DNA from: Methyloceanibacter sp.
Lineage (GTDB): Bacteria; Pseudomonadota; Alphaproteobacteria; Rhizobiales; Methyloligellaceae
Length of the DNA stretch: 64,000 bases
Direction: 5' to 3'
NCBI GenBank assembly: GCA_030064755.1
Contig: JASJEH010000001.1
Location: 35,352 to 99,351, forward strand
In this document: piece after piece, positions 36,774 to 46,786 of the stretch
Position numbering within the stretch: the first letter of the stretch is position 1
Layout of the letters: the number at the start of each line of letters is the position of its first letter
Program-made: the position numbers and the translations under genes
The notes under the pieces: generated by a model
What the model saw: the letters and a program-made list of their open reading frames with translations, nothing else
What the model was told of the DNA's origin: nothing
The model's database searches: none

Positions 36774-37700
36774 TCACTCTAGTCTATCGAGGAAGTCGGG
36801 ACCGGCACGGCCGCGCACATCCTCGCCAGCCTGCCGGCCAATCGCATCCGCATCGGCGCCCGGGCCTGAAAGTTCAACATCATGCCACTCTGCGCCGTCC
36901 GGAGACAGAATCAAGCCGCGAAAGCGGATGGCGCCGCCGGCGACCTCGGCGAGACCTGCAATCGGTGTCCTGCAGGACCCGTCCAGCTGAGCAAGGAACG
37001 CCCTTTCGCAAGTGACTGCAGTTTCTGTCGCCACATCGTTCAACGGCCGCATGAGGTCACGCGCCAGCACGTCTTGTTCACGCGCAACAACACCGATGGC
37101 CCCTTGCGCAACCGCCGGCAGCATTTCGTCTACGGCCAGGATGGACGCAGCTTTATCGGTCAGATCGAGCCGATCGAGGCCCGCTTTGGCGAGCAGCGTG
37201 GCGTCCGCGACGCCTTCGGCGAGTTTTCTCAGCCGCGTTTGCACATTGCCGCGAAAGTCGACAACGCGCAGATCCGGCCGCGCGCGCTTGACCTGGGCGG
37301 CGCGGCGTAAGGACGATGTTCCGACGACCGCGCCCTCGGGCAGGTCGGACAAAGACGCTGCCACGGGGCTCAAAAATGCATCGCGCACATCGGCGCGCGG
37401 CAGGACCGCGGCAATGCACAAGCCATCGGGCAGCTGTGTCGGCAGGTCCTTCATGGAGTGCACCGCAAGCGCGATGTCGCCCCGAAGCTGCGCCTCGTCG
37501 ATCTCCTTGGTGAAGAGCCCCTTGCCGCCCACATCGGCCAGCGGCTTGTCCAGGATCTGATCGCCGCTGGTCTTGATCACATGCAACGCCGCCGCCACCT
37601 GCTCTGGACCGTGATGCGCCGTCAGGCGGTCGCGCACGTGTTCGGCCTGCCAAAGCGCGAGCGGGCTACCGCGGGTGCCGATGGGAAGTGAGGCGGGCAA
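36774..37700 (-). CDS. hemC: Hydroxymethylbilane synthase (porphobilinogen deaminase)
   Basis: IGTRGSPLALWQ, GGKGLFTKE, VHSMKDLP, GTSSLRR, FRGNVQTRL and LDGSCRTPIA. TTG start. Confidence 0.97.
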   Translation of the reverse strand: MPASLPIGTRGSPLALWQAEHVRDRLTAHHGPEQVAAALHVIKTSGDQILDKPLADVGGKGLFTKEIDEAQLRGDIALAVHSMKDLPTQLPDGLCIAAVLPRADVRDAFLSPVAASLSDLPEGAVVGTSSLRRAAQVKRARPDLRVVDFRGNVQTRLRKLAEGVADATLLAKAGLDRLDLTDKAASILAVDEMLPAVAQGAIGVVAREQDVLARDLMRPLNDVATETAVTCERAFLAQLDGSCRTPIAGLAEVAGGAIRFRGLILSPDGAEWHDVELSGPGADADAIGRQAGEDVRGRAGPDFLDRLE

Positions 37701-37945
37701 GCTAAGAAGAATCTCCGCAAGAACAGCGTGTTGCGAGGGCGACCCAAGAGCCGACGGGCCGCATTATTGGACCCTTTCGCCGCTCCCTTCAATGTCCTCC
37801 CAACACGATTCCGGCTGAAACAACACTTGCTGCATGTGCTGAGTCGGCGTGCCTCGATAAACAGGTCGGGATTGTCGCACCCACAACGTGTCGCGTACTA
37901 CAATGACGGTACGGGGCAGATCACACACAGGACGATGTAGAACCT

Positions 37946-38893
37946 ATGAGCGGCCTTCTCGCATTGCTGGACGACGTCGCCGCCATCGCCAAGATGGCCG
38001 CCGCGCAGGTCGACGACATTGCCGCGCACGCGACAAAGGCTGCGGGGAAGTCCGCAGGTGTTGTGGTGGACGATGCGGCCGTGACGCCAAAATACGTCAC
38101 TGGCATCGCGGCCGCCCGCGAACTGCCCATGATCGGCAAGATCGCTGCGGCATCCTTTGTTAGCAAGCTCGTCATCCTGCTACCGGCGCTGCTCCTGCTC
38201 CAAGCTTTCGCGCCAGGGGTCATCGCGCCATTGCTCATTCTCGGTGGCTGCTATCTCTGTTTCGAGGGTGCGGAGAAGGTCTGGCATTGGATCGTCGGGC
38301 ATCACGACGCGGAGCATGAGACGACGCTGCCCCTCGACGCGGCGCATCTCGAAGAACAGCGGGTCAAGGGCGCGATCAAGACCGACTTCATTCTGTCGGC
38401 GGAAATCATGACCATCGCGCTGTCAACAATTGAGGTCGATGACCTTTGGACGCGCGCAGCCGTTTTGGCCGTCGTGGCGATCCTGTTTACCGTGGTCGTC
38501 TATGGCGTCGTGGCGCTTCTGGTAAAGGTCGACGACATCGGCCTGCATATGAGCCAGGAAGCACCCTTGCGGAGTCTGAGGTCCTTCGGACGCGGCCTCG
38601 TGGTGGCCATGCCGACCGTCCTGAACGTCATTTCGTTCATCGGTACCATTGCAATGCTATGGGTTGGCGGCAGCATCGTGGATCACAGCCTTTACACGCT
38701 TGGTGTTTCCTGGCCGCACGATACGACCGCCTTGATCGTGACGGCACTGATTGGTGACGACGCTGGCGGGGCCCTGACTTGGATCGTGACCGCAACTGTT
38801 CACGCCATCTTTGGCTTCGTGCTGGGCTCTCTTTTGATTCCGATCGTGACGGTACTGCTCAAGCCGATCGGTGTGCTATTTCCGGAGAAATGA
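37946..38893 (+). CDS. DUF808-family inner-membrane protein
   Basis: [46 protein letters not shown] and LLVKVDDIG. Confidence 0.85.
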   Translation: MSGLLALLDDVAAIAKMAAAQVDDIAAHATKAAGKSAGVVVDDAAVTPKYVTGIAAARELPMIGKIAAASFVSKLVILLPALLLLQAFAPGVIAPLLILGGCYLCFEGAEKVWHWIVGHHDAEHETTLPLDAAHLEEQRVKGAIKTDFILSAEIMTIALSTIEVDDLWTRAAVLAVVAILFTVVVYGVVALLVKVDDIGLHMSQEAPLRSLRSFGRGLVVAMPTVLNVISFIGTIAMLWVGGSIVDHSLYTLGVSWPHDTTALIVTALIGDDAGGALTWIVTATVHAIFGFVLGSLLIPIVTVLLKPIGVLFPEK

Positions 38894-39972
38894 ACCGGAC
38901 ACCGCTGACACTTCTTGGAATCGAGACGAGTTGCGACGAGACCGCCGCTGCCGTCGTTCGACTGTGCGCGAACGGGAGCGGCGAAATTCTGGCGAATGTG
39001 GTCCGAGCCCAGCTCGATCTGCACGCCGCCTATGGCGGCGTCGTGCCGGAGATCGCCGCCCGCGCCCATGTGGACTTGCTGGATCCGGCTATCAAGCAGG
39101 CCATGGCAGAGGCGCAAGTGGACTTTGGCGGTCTCGACGGGGTGGCCGCCGCCGCGGGCCCAGGTCTTATCGGGGGCGTCATCGTCGGGCTGACAACCGC
39201 GAAGGCCATCGCGCTCGGATGTGGGAAGCCCTTCGTCGCCGTCAATCACTTGGAGGCACACGCGCTGAGCCCAGGCCTGACAGACAGTGTCCAACCGCCG
39301 TACCTGCTCTTGCTCGTCTCGGGCGGGCATACCCAGCTGGTCGTTGTGAAAGACGTCGGCGACTACACCCGGCTCGGCACAACACTGGACGATGCGCTCG
39401 GGGAGGCTTTTGACAAGGCAGCCAAGTTGCTGGGCCTCGGCTACCCGGGCGGTCCCGAAGTCGAGCAATGGGCGGCGAAGGGCTCGCCCAGCGTCCCGCT
39501 GCCGCGACCCATGCTTGGGCGCGCTGAACCGCACTTTTCGCTGGCCGGCCTGAAGACCGCGTTGCGGCACGAAGCCATGGCCCGGACACCCTTGAGCGAC
39601 TCCGACGTCGCCGACCTTTGCGCGAGTTTTCAGGCGGCAGTGTGCGATGTGGTCAGGGACCGCGTTACGCGGGCCATGGACCTATTCGAGGACCAGCTAC
39701 CCAACACGACCGCTCTGACTCTCGTCGCCGCTGGCGGCGTCGCGGCCAACCGCGCCTTGCGGGCAGCACTCGGCGAAGTCGCGGACGCGCGCGGCTATCG
39801 CCTTGTCGTCCCACCGCCCGCGCTGTGCACGGATAATGCGGCGATGATCGCTTGGGCTGGCGCCCAACGGCTAGCACGTGGGCTCAGCGACCAAATGGAT
39901 GCGCCGGCGCGCGCCCGCTGGCCCCTTGATCCCGACGCGCCTCCCGCGCACGGCGCCGGCGTCAAGGCCTGA
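38890..39972 (+). CDS. tsaD: tRNA N6-threonylcarbamoyladenosine transferase TsaD
   Basis: [46 protein letters not shown] and TDNAAMIA. Confidence 0.97.
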   Translation: MNRTPLTLLGIETSCDETAAAVVRLCANGSGEILANVVRAQLDLHAAYGGVVPEIAARAHVDLLDPAIKQAMAEAQVDFGGLDGVAAAAGPGLIGGVIVGLTTAKAIALGCGKPFVAVNHLEAHALSPGLTDSVQPPYLLLLVSGGHTQLVVVKDVGDYTRLGTTLDDALGEAFDKAAKLLGLGYPGGPEVEQWAAKGSPSVPLPRPMLGRAEPHFSLAGLKTALRHEAMARTPLSDSDVADLCASFQAAVCDVVRDRVTRAMDLFEDQLPNTTALTLVAAGGVAANRALRAALGEVADARGYRLVVPPPALCTDNAAMIAWAGAQRLARGLSDQMDAPARARWPLDPDAPPAHGAGVKA

Positions 39973-40032
39973 CGCCAAACCTTACGCTTTTTCGTCCACG
40001 CAAGACGCGAATATGCGCTAGAACCGGTCGCC

Positions 40033-41040
40033 GTGAGTGGCATGCAACTTCAGACGATTGGCGTTGTCGGTGGCGGCGCGTGGGGGACGGCCCTTGCGAC
40101 CGTGGCCCGGCGCGCGGGCCGGGAGGTGCTTCTGTGGGCCCATGAGCCCGAGACCGTCGCCGCGATCAACGAGACCCATGCAAACCCCGCCTATCTGCCG
40201 GGAGTCGAGCTCGATCCCGCTATTGAGGCGACGTCTCAGCTCAGTGACGTGGCGGCCTGCGATGCGGTCTTGGTTGTCAGCCCTGCGCAACATTTGCGCG
40301 GAATTCTCGGCGCGCTGAAGCCCTATGTGCGGGACGGCCGGCCACTTGTTCTGTGCTGTAAGGGCATCGAACAGCAGTCTGGCCTGCTGATGTCTCAGGT
40401 GACCGCCGATGTTCTGCCGGACGCGACGATTGCCGTGCTGTCGGGCCCAAGCTTCGCCGCCGAAGTCGCGCGCCAATTGCCCGTTGCCGTGACACTAGCC
40501 ACTGGCAAAGAGGATCTCGGACGAGATCTCTCTCATACGCTGCGGTCACCCGCATTCCGCTGCTATTGGAGCCACGACGTGCTTGGCGCGGAGATCGGCG
40601 GTGCCGTCAAGAATGTGTACGCGATCGCGGCGGGGATCGTCGTGGGCAAGGAACTTGGGAAGAGCGCGCAGGCCGGACTGATCACACGTAGTTTCGCCGA
40701 GATGGCGCGGTTCGGCGTGGCGCTGGGCGCCGCGCTCGAGACTCTTATCGGCCTGTCGGGTCTTGGAGACTTAGTTCTCACCTGCGGCAGCGAACAGTCA
40801 CGCAACATGTCGCTTGGCGTGGCATTGGGCCGTGGCGCCACGACGTCAGAGGTTCTCTCGGAGCGCCTGTCGGTCACCGAAGGGGTGGCAACGGCACAGG
40901 CTATGGTCGGAATCGCGCGTGCGCGCGGGATCGAGCTTCCCATCGCCGAGGCAGTTCATGCCATTGTCAGCGGCGAGACGAGCGTCGATACCGCTATTGG
41001 CGCGCTCCTGTCGCGCCCCTTGCGCGCTGAAACAGAATGA
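40033..41040 (+). CDS. gpsA: NAD(P)H-dependent glycerol-3-phosphate dehydrogenase
   Basis: GGGAWGTALA, KGIE, LSGPSFA, GGAVKNV, GLSGLGDLVLTC, SRN and EG..TA. Confidence 0.96.
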   Translation: MSGMQLQTIGVVGGGAWGTALATVARRAGREVLLWAHEPETVAAINETHANPAYLPGVELDPAIEATSQLSDVAACDAVLVVSPAQHLRGILGALKPYVRDGRPLVLCCKGIEQQSGLLMSQVTADVLPDATIAVLSGPSFAAEVARQLPVAVTLATGKEDLGRDLSHTLRSPAFRCYWSHDVLGAEIGGAVKNVYAIAAGIVVGKELGKSAQAGLITRSFAEMARFGVALGAALETLIGLSGLGDLVLTCGSEQSRNMSLGVALGRGATTSEVLSERLSVTEGVATAQAMVGIARARGIELPIAEAVHAIVSGETSVDTAIGALLSRPLRAETE

Positions 41041-41094
41041 CTTGCCGGGGCCTCGCGGCGTCCGCATCCAAAGACACATAGAGGGAGGCTTCAG

Positions 41095-41385
41095 ATGTAT
41101 TTCGCGTTCATTTGCACCGACAAGCCGGACGGATTGCCGATCCGCAAAGCCCATCGCCCCGAACACCTGGCCTATCTACAGGGCCTAGGAGACACGCTGA
41201 AATTCGCCGGACCGTTCACGGCCGAGGACGGCGAGACCATGACTGGTAGCCTGGTCGTGGTTGAGGCGGATTCGCTAGCTGCTGCGCAGGCCATCGCCGA
41301 TGCGGACCCGTTCGCAAAGGCGGGCGTCTTCGCCTCCGTCGACATCCGCCCTTGGAAATGGTCGCTCGGCAAGCCCGAAGAGTAA
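41095..41385 (+). CDS. YciI-family protein
   Basis: C.DKP, R..HRPEHLAYL, AGP, GSL and ADPF. GGAGG RBS. Confidence 0.9.
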   Translation: MYFAFICTDKPDGLPIRKAHRPEHLAYLQGLGDTLKFAGPFTAEDGETMTGSLVVVEADSLAAAQAIADADPFAKAGVFASVDIRPWKWSLGKPEE

Positions 41386-41396
41386 GCGGAGGATCG

Positions 41397-41828
41397 ATGG
41401 CGTATTGGCTCATGAAGTCCGAACCCGGCACGTGGTCTTGGGAGGAGCAGAAGAAAGAGGGCGCGACGGGCGCCGAGTGGGACGGGGTACGCAACTACCA
41501 AGCCCGCAACAACATGCGGGCAATGAAGAAGGGAGACCTTGCCTTCTTCTATCACTCGATTGGCGAGAAAGCCTGTGTCGGCATCGTCAAGGTCGTTGTC
41601 GAGGCCCATCCGGACTCCACCGATACCACGGGCAAGTGGGAGTGCGTCGACGTCGCCGCCGTCGAGGATTTGCCGAAGCCGGTCACGCTCGACGAGATCA
41701 AGGCGACGCCGAAGCTCGCAGACATGGTTCTCGTCAACAATTCACGTCTGTCAGTGCAGCCGGTGACGGCATCCGAGTGGAAGACTGTTTGTGCGCTTGC
41801 GGGGCTGAAAAAGCCGCCGACAGCGTAG
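41397..41828 (+). CDS. EVE-domain protein
   Basis: YWLMKSEP, WDGVRNYQARN, FFYHS and RLSVQPV. Confidence 0.93.
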   Translation: MAYWLMKSEPGTWSWEEQKKEGATGAEWDGVRNYQARNNMRAMKKGDLAFFYHSIGEKACVGIVKVVVEAHPDSTDTTGKWECVDVAAVEDLPKPVTLDEIKATPKLADMVLVNNSRLSVQPVTASEWKTVCALAGLKKPPTA

Positions 41829-41899
41829 TGCTCTCAAGCGGCCTTCTGCGCTAAGGTTCCAAGGTGAATACGGCGGCAACGGCCCTAGGGGAGGCGCGC

Positions 41900-42313
41900 A
41901 TGACATTCGCTGGTATGAACTATCTTGCCGTGGTGGTTGCTGCCTTGGCCGGATTCGGCGTCGGCGCGATCTGGTACACGCTTTTCGGCAAGGCTTGGCT
42001 TGATGCGCTGGGCAAGACTGAGGACGACATCAAGGGCAGTGGCGGCGCGCAAGCCTTGCCGTTCATCATCGCGCTCGTCGCTGATCTTGTGATGGCGATC
42101 ATGCTCGCCGGCCTTATGGGGCACCTCGGGGATATCTCGCTCCGCGGCGGGCTGATCAGCGGACTGTTTGTCTGGGTCGGATTCGTCATCACCACGATGG
42201 GCGTAAACCATGCCTTCAGTGGCGCCAGTCCCAAACTAACGGCGATCGACGGCGGCCATTGGCTCGTTGTGCTACTCGTGATGGGCGCAATAATTGGCGC
42301 ATTTGGCGTCTAG
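41900..42313 (+). CDS. DUF1761-family small membrane protein
   Basis: NYLAVVVAA, GAIWY..LFGKAW and IDGGHW. Four hydrophobic segments. GGAGG RBS. Confidence 0.8.
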   Translation: MTFAGMNYLAVVVAALAGFGVGAIWYTLFGKAWLDALGKTEDDIKGSGGAQALPFIIALVADLVMAIMLAGLMGHLGDISLRGGLISGLFVWVGFVITTMGVNHAFSGASPKLTAIDGGHWLVVLLVMGAIIGAFGV

Positions 42314-42418
42314 ACCAAAGAACTAAAGAGAGGCACTTCTCGACCGCACTTTGTCGCGGCATAATGCCTCACGAAAATCACTGACAATACTAAAGTTCTG
42401 TATGGAGGAAGCGTACTG

Positions 42419-44386
42419 ATGTCTGCGCATGATTGGCAACCGAGTGAGACGATCCCCGTGCAAGAGGCGTGGAAAGAGCACGCCCACATCAAGAACGAAC
42501 GGTACTTGGAGCTCTACCAAAAGAGCATCGACGAGCCAGATACATTCTGGGCCGAGGCCGCCCAACGGATAGACTGGGTCAAGCCCTTCACGAAGGTGAA
42601 GAATACAACGTTCGACTATCCCGATGTCTCCATCAAATGGTTCGAAGACGGAACGTTGAACGTATCAGCAAACTGTATTGACCGGCACCTGGCAACACGC
42701 GCTGATCAGACAGCCATTATCTGGGAGGCCGACGGACCCGAGACACCCGCGCAACATATCACCTACCGTGAGCTTCACGATAAGGTTTGCCGCCTAGCGA
42801 ATGTGCTCAAGGAGCATGGCGTTAAGCGCGGCGACCGCGTGACGATCTACCTGCCGATGATTCCCGAAGCGGCCTACGCGATGCTCGCATGTGCGCGGAT
42901 TGGTGCGATCCACTCCATCGTGTTTGGTGGCTTCTCACCCGACTCGCTCGCGGGCCGTATCGAGGGCTGCGAGTCGGCCGTGGTGATCACTGCCGACGAG
43001 GGCCTGCGCGGCGGCAAAAAAGTGCCGCTGAAGGCCAATACCGATGAAGCCGCGGAAAAAAGCGAGCATGTGAAGAAAGTTCTGGTTGTCCGCCGCACGG
43101 GCGGCGATGTTCCGTGGACAGAGGGCCGTGATGTGTGGCTCGACGAAGCCATGGATGCGGCAAGTCCGGACTGTCCGCCAGAGGAGATGAACGCGGAGGA
43201 TCCGCTCTTCATTCTCTACACATCCGGGTCTACAGGTAGCCCGAAAGGCGTTGTGCACACGACCGGCGGCTATCTCGTCTACACGTCGATGACGCACGAG
43301 TACATTTTTGACTACCACGACGGCGAAATCTATTGGTGCACTGCTGACGTAGGCTGGGTCACCGGTCACAGCTATATCGTATACGGCCCCTTGGCCAATG
43401 GGGCCACGACCCTGATGTTCGAAGGCGTACCGAATTATCCGGACGCTTCGCGCATGTGGCAGGTCGTCGACAAGCACAAAGTCAACATATTCTATACGGC
43501 GCCGACATTGATCCGTTCACTGATGGGCGCTGGTGACGATTACGTCAAGTCCTCCAGCCGCGCTTCTTTGCGCGTTCTCGGCTCCGTCGGTGAGCCAATC
43601 AATCCCGAAGCTTGGGAATGGTACTTCCACGTCGTCGGCGAAGGGCGGTGCCCTATTGCCGATACTTGGTGGCAAACAGAGACGGGCGGCATTCTCATCG
43701 CGCCGCTGCCTGGCGCCACGGATCTCAAGCCGGGATCGGCGACGCGGCCATTCTTTGGTGTTCAGCCAGCCTTGGTCGATGCCGAAGGTAAGCGCATAGA
43801 GGGCGCGGGCGAAGGCAACCTCGTCATTCTCGACGCATGGCCGAGCATGATGCGAACGGTGTATGGAGACCACAAGCGCTTCGTCGATACCTACTTCTCC
43901 GCATACAAGGGGATGTATTTCACCGGTGACGGCGCGCGACGTGATGGCGATGACTACTACTGGATTACCGGACGCGTTGACGATGTCATCAACGTCTCGG
44001 GTCACCGCATGGGAACGGCCGAGGTGGAGTCGGCACTCGTCGCTCATCCAAAGGTCTCCGAAGCCGCGGCGGTCGGTTTCCCGCACGATCTCAAAGGTCA
44101 GGGCATCTATTGCTACGTCACGCTGATGGTTGGTCAGGAGGAAGACGACGACCTCAAGAAGGAGCTGCGCAATTGGGTTCGGCATGAGATTGGCCCTATC
44201 GCGGCACCGGATCACATCCAGTTCGCGCCAGGCCTTCCCAAGACCCGTTCGGGCAAAATCATGCGTCGGATCTTGCGGAAGATCGCAGAGGACGAGTTCG
44301 GCAATCTGGGCGATACCTCGACGCTAGCCGACCCAACCGTCGTGTCTCATCTGATCGAGAACCGTCAGAACCGCCGGGGGGACTAG
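42419..44386 (+). CDS. acs: Acetyl-CoA synthetase
   Basis: [40 protein letters not shown] and [11 protein letters not shown] (acetylation Lys). Confidence 0.98.
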   Translation: MSAHDWQPSETIPVQEAWKEHAHIKNERYLELYQKSIDEPDTFWAEAAQRIDWVKPFTKVKNTTFDYPDVSIKWFEDGTLNVSANCIDRHLATRADQTAIIWEADGPETPAQHITYRELHDKVCRLANVLKEHGVKRGDRVTIYLPMIPEAAYAMLACARIGAIHSIVFGGFSPDSLAGRIEGCESAVVITADEGLRGGKKVPLKANTDEAAEKSEHVKKVLVVRRTGGDVPWTEGRDVWLDEAMDAASPDCPPEEMNAEDPLFILYTSGSTGSPKGVVHTTGGYLVYTSMTHEYIFDYHDGEIYWCTADVGWVTGHSYIVYGPLANGATTLMFEGVPNYPDASRMWQVVDKHKVNIFYTAPTLIRSLMGAGDDYVKSSSRASLRVLGSVGEPINPEAWEWYFHVVGEGRCPIADTWWQTETGGILIAPLPGATDLKPGSATRPFFGVQPALVDAEGKRIEGAGEGNLVILDAWPSMMRTVYGDHKRFVDTYFSAYKGMYFTGDGARRDGDDYYWITGRVDDVINVSGHRMGTAEVESALVAHPKVSEAAAVGFPHDLKGQGIYCYVTLMVGQEEDDDLKKELRNWVRHEIGPIAAPDHIQFAPGLPKTRSGKIMRRILRKIAEDEFGNLGDTSTLADPTVVSHLIENRQNRRGD

Positions 44387-44521
44387 CAGCTCCCGGCGCC
44401 TTTCGCGCACATTCGAAGGCCGGGCTCCCATGCCCGGCCGAACCGCGCTATGAACTCCTGACTAGAGCCTTTCATGGCTCTAGCGCCGCGCGACGCGCGG
44501 CCTGAGCGGAAGGACACGCGC

Positions 44522-44866
44522 ATGGTTTGGATCATGAGGGGGCTTGTCGCGATCGCGCTCGCTCTTGGGCTCGTGATCGTTATCGTCTTGCTGATTGGCA
44601 ATATTGGTTCTGGCGGGGACAGCACCGAACTCACGGCGCTGACCGTTGGCAGCCGCACGGTCACCGTTGCCGGTCACTACAAAACCCTCAGCCAGGAATC
44701 CGTGGGCGACGGCGTGAAGATCATCGTGGAGGGCCACGAGATCATGGTCACGGCAGACCAGCTTTCCGTCGACGGAAATGCCCAAGTCTTGGAGCCTGAG
44801 GAAAATGTCACCGTCACTGTGTCCAAGGACGGCGGGATCAGGGTGACAGTCGACCCCATGAACTAG
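44522..44866 (+). CDS. Hypothetical single-pass membrane protein with a small beta-rich domain
   Basis: GGAAGGA RBS, N-terminal hydrophobic helix, GC3-biased codons. Alternative start at 44474. Confidence 0.65.
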   Translation: MVWIMRGLVAIALALGLVIVIVLLIGNIGSGGDSTELTALTVGSRTVTVAGHYKTLSQESVGDGVKIIVEGHEIMVTADQLSVDGNAQVLEPEENVTVTVSKDGGIRVTVDPMN

Positions 44867-44877
44867 GCGCACCCACG

Positions 44878-44904
44878 AAAAAGGGGCCCCGCAAGAAGGC
44901 CCCT
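44878..44904 (-). terminator. Rho-independent terminator for the globin gene (possibly bidirectional)
   Basis: AGGGGCC/GGCCCCT stem preceded by A5 on the + strand, between convergent genes. Confidence 0.65.
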
Positions 44905-44940
44905 ATCTCGAAATGCGTTCGGTTCCAAAACGCTTCGGCC

Positions 44941-45420
44941 TTAGCCGGACATGACCTTCGTGAACTGAGCCAGCATGGTGTTCCACGCGTCCCGCGTCTC
45001 GCGATCGAAGGACTTGTCCAACGACCGTTCCAGCGTCCACACCAAGGCTCGGGACATGGTGCGATAGTGGCGGGCGCGAATGCCCATCTGGCGGTGACGT
45101 GTGCCCAGCAACTTGAGCGTCGGCGCGAGGCCGTCTTCGTGACCTAGCGAAATCATCGCCAACTTGGCGCCGGCCGAGAACTTGCGCGCTTGCATTTCAA
45201 CCGGTCCGTCGAATTTCTTGCGCAAACCCGGATCGAGCCGGAAGAGTTTCAGGAAGAAAAGCTGCGCAACCAAGTCCAGCGCGGGCTCTAGGCGGAAGAA
45301 GCTGTTAAGAATCAGTCGCTTCTGTTCCGTGGTCAGGTTTAGGTCTTTGGACGCGCCGCGCTTCGCGCGTTGGGTGGACTTCTTCGGCGCAACGTCGGAA
45401 ACGTGCAGTGCGGCAGACAT
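44941..45420 (-). CDS. Single-domain globin (Vgb/flavohemoglobin-like globin domain)
   Basis: LT.EQ..LI..SF, F..LF..DP.L...F (CD1 Phe), Q at E7, LG.RH (proximal His), HY and AW. AGGAG RBS. Confidence 0.85.
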   Translation of the reverse strand: MSAALHVSDVAPKKSTQRAKRGASKDLNLTTEQKRLILNSFFRLEPALDLVAQLFFLKLFRLDPGLRKKFDGPVEMQARKFSAGAKLAMISLGHEDGLAPTLKLLGTRHRQMGIRARHYRTMSRALVWTLERSLDKSFDRETRDAWNTMLAQFTKVMSG

Positions 45421-45540
45421 GTCGGGCTACTCCTTGAACTAACTTACCGACAGATTGCGCATACTGGATTGATGAAGCGTTAAGGTAAGCGCGATCTTAA
45501 ACCTCTGCCGCCGACCGTCTCGGGACCCTCCGCGCTGGCC

Positions 45541-45569
45541 CTTGCACCGGGCCCACCTACTCCCAACAT
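45541..45569 (+). promoter_or_regulatory. Possible sigma32/RpoH promoter for htpX
   Basis: CTTGCA-N16-CCAACAT resembles the CTTG-N15/16-CCTATAT consensus. htpX is commonly RpoH-controlled. Confidence 0.35.
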
Positions 45570-45622
45570 ACAAGAGGCGGATTTCTAAGGTTTTTTGACA
45601 GTTTGCGGAGGCCACACCGTCC

Positions 45623-46600
45623 ATGAGTTACTTGCGCACGGCGATTCTGCTCGCAGCGCTTACCGCCTTGTTCATGGGAATTGGGTTCCTGCTTGGCGGC
45701 CAGACAGGCATGATCATCGCGCTCGTGATTGCAGGCGGGATGAACCTGTTCGCCTATTGGAACTCGGACAAGGCTGTGCTGCGCATGTATGGCGCGCATC
45801 TGGTGGACCCAAATGGCGGGCGAGACGCGCGCGAACTCTACGGAATGGTCGAGGAGCTGGCCCGCAGTGCGGATCTCCCCATGCCCAAAGTCTATGTCAT
45901 GGACAACCCGCAGCCGAACGCCTTCGCCACCGGCCGGAACCCCGAAAACGCCGCGGTGGCTGTGACCACCGGCCTGATGCGCACGGTCAACCGGGAAGAG
46001 CTCGCGGGCGTCATCGCTCACGAGCTGGCTCATATCCGGCATCACGACACGCTGTTGATGACGATCACTGCGACCATTGCTGGTGCGATTTCGATGCTCG
46101 CCAATTTCGCATTGTTTTTTGGCGGTAACCGAGACAACCACATGGGCTTCATTGGCACGTTAGCGCTTATGATCCTAGGACCAATGGCAGCAGGGCTCGT
46201 GCAAATGGCGATCAGCCGCACCCGCGAATACGAGGCCGATAGGGCCGGTGCGGAAATTTGCGGCCATCCGCTCTGGCTCGCCTCGGCCTTGCAAAAGATC
46301 GCGGGCGGCGCGGAGCGCATTCCAAACGACGAGGCTGAACGGAACCCTGCGTCCGCGCATCTGTTCATTATCAATCCGCTGCACGGTTTGCGCCTCGACC
46401 GCATGTTCGCAACGCATCCGCCGACCGAGGAACGTGTGGCGCTGCTGAGAGCCATGTCGCAAAACATGAGCACTGGGGGCCATGGCGCTTCGGCGGCGGG
46501 GTTCCGAGGTAGCAACCGATCCACGTCCGCCCAGTCTGGCCCTTGGTCCGGCAGCGTACCGGAGAGCCCCCGGCGCAGAACGCGCGGCCCATGGGGCTAG
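45623..46600 (+). CDS. htpX: Zinc metalloprotease HtpX
   Basis: [22 protein letters not shown] (HEXXH), SRTREYEAD and THPP. Confidence 0.96.
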   Translation: MSYLRTAILLAALTALFMGIGFLLGGQTGMIIALVIAGGMNLFAYWNSDKAVLRMYGAHLVDPNGGRDARELYGMVEELARSADLPMPKVYVMDNPQPNAFATGRNPENAAVAVTTGLMRTVNREELAGVIAHELAHIRHHDTLLMTITATIAGAISMLANFALFFGGNRDNHMGFIGTLALMILGPMAAGLVQMAISRTREYEADRAGAEICGHPLWLASALQKIAGGAERIPNDEAERNPASAHLFIINPLHGLRLDRMFATHPPTEERVALLRAMSQNMSTGGHGASAAGFRGSNRSTSAQSGPWSGSVPESPRRRTRGPWG

Positions 46601-46637
46601 GTGGGCAGTTGGGGCTAGGTAGGCAGTTGGGGCTAGG
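46592..46637. repeat. 18-bp tandem repeat (2.5 copies) spanning the htpX stop codon
   Basis: TGGGGCTAGGTGGGCAGT, TGGGGCTAGGTAGGCAGT, TGGGGCTAGG. Confidence 0.9.
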
Positions 46638-46786
46638 CACGCGAGTCTAGGCAAGTGTAGCCAGTGGCGACATGCCATACGGGCGAAGCTGATGCAGGCG
46701 CGAAGCGCGTAAAAACCAAAAACCCGAAAACGGGCCTTTGTTCTCCGTCAGACTCTTAGAAACCAAAGCACCTTGGAGACAACGCC

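Noticed and set aside
32514-37700. hemC-hemD-mic60-hemY as a novel membrane-shaping system
   Set aside because: This is already a described conserved alphaproteobacterial locus. Only the VNTR is reported.
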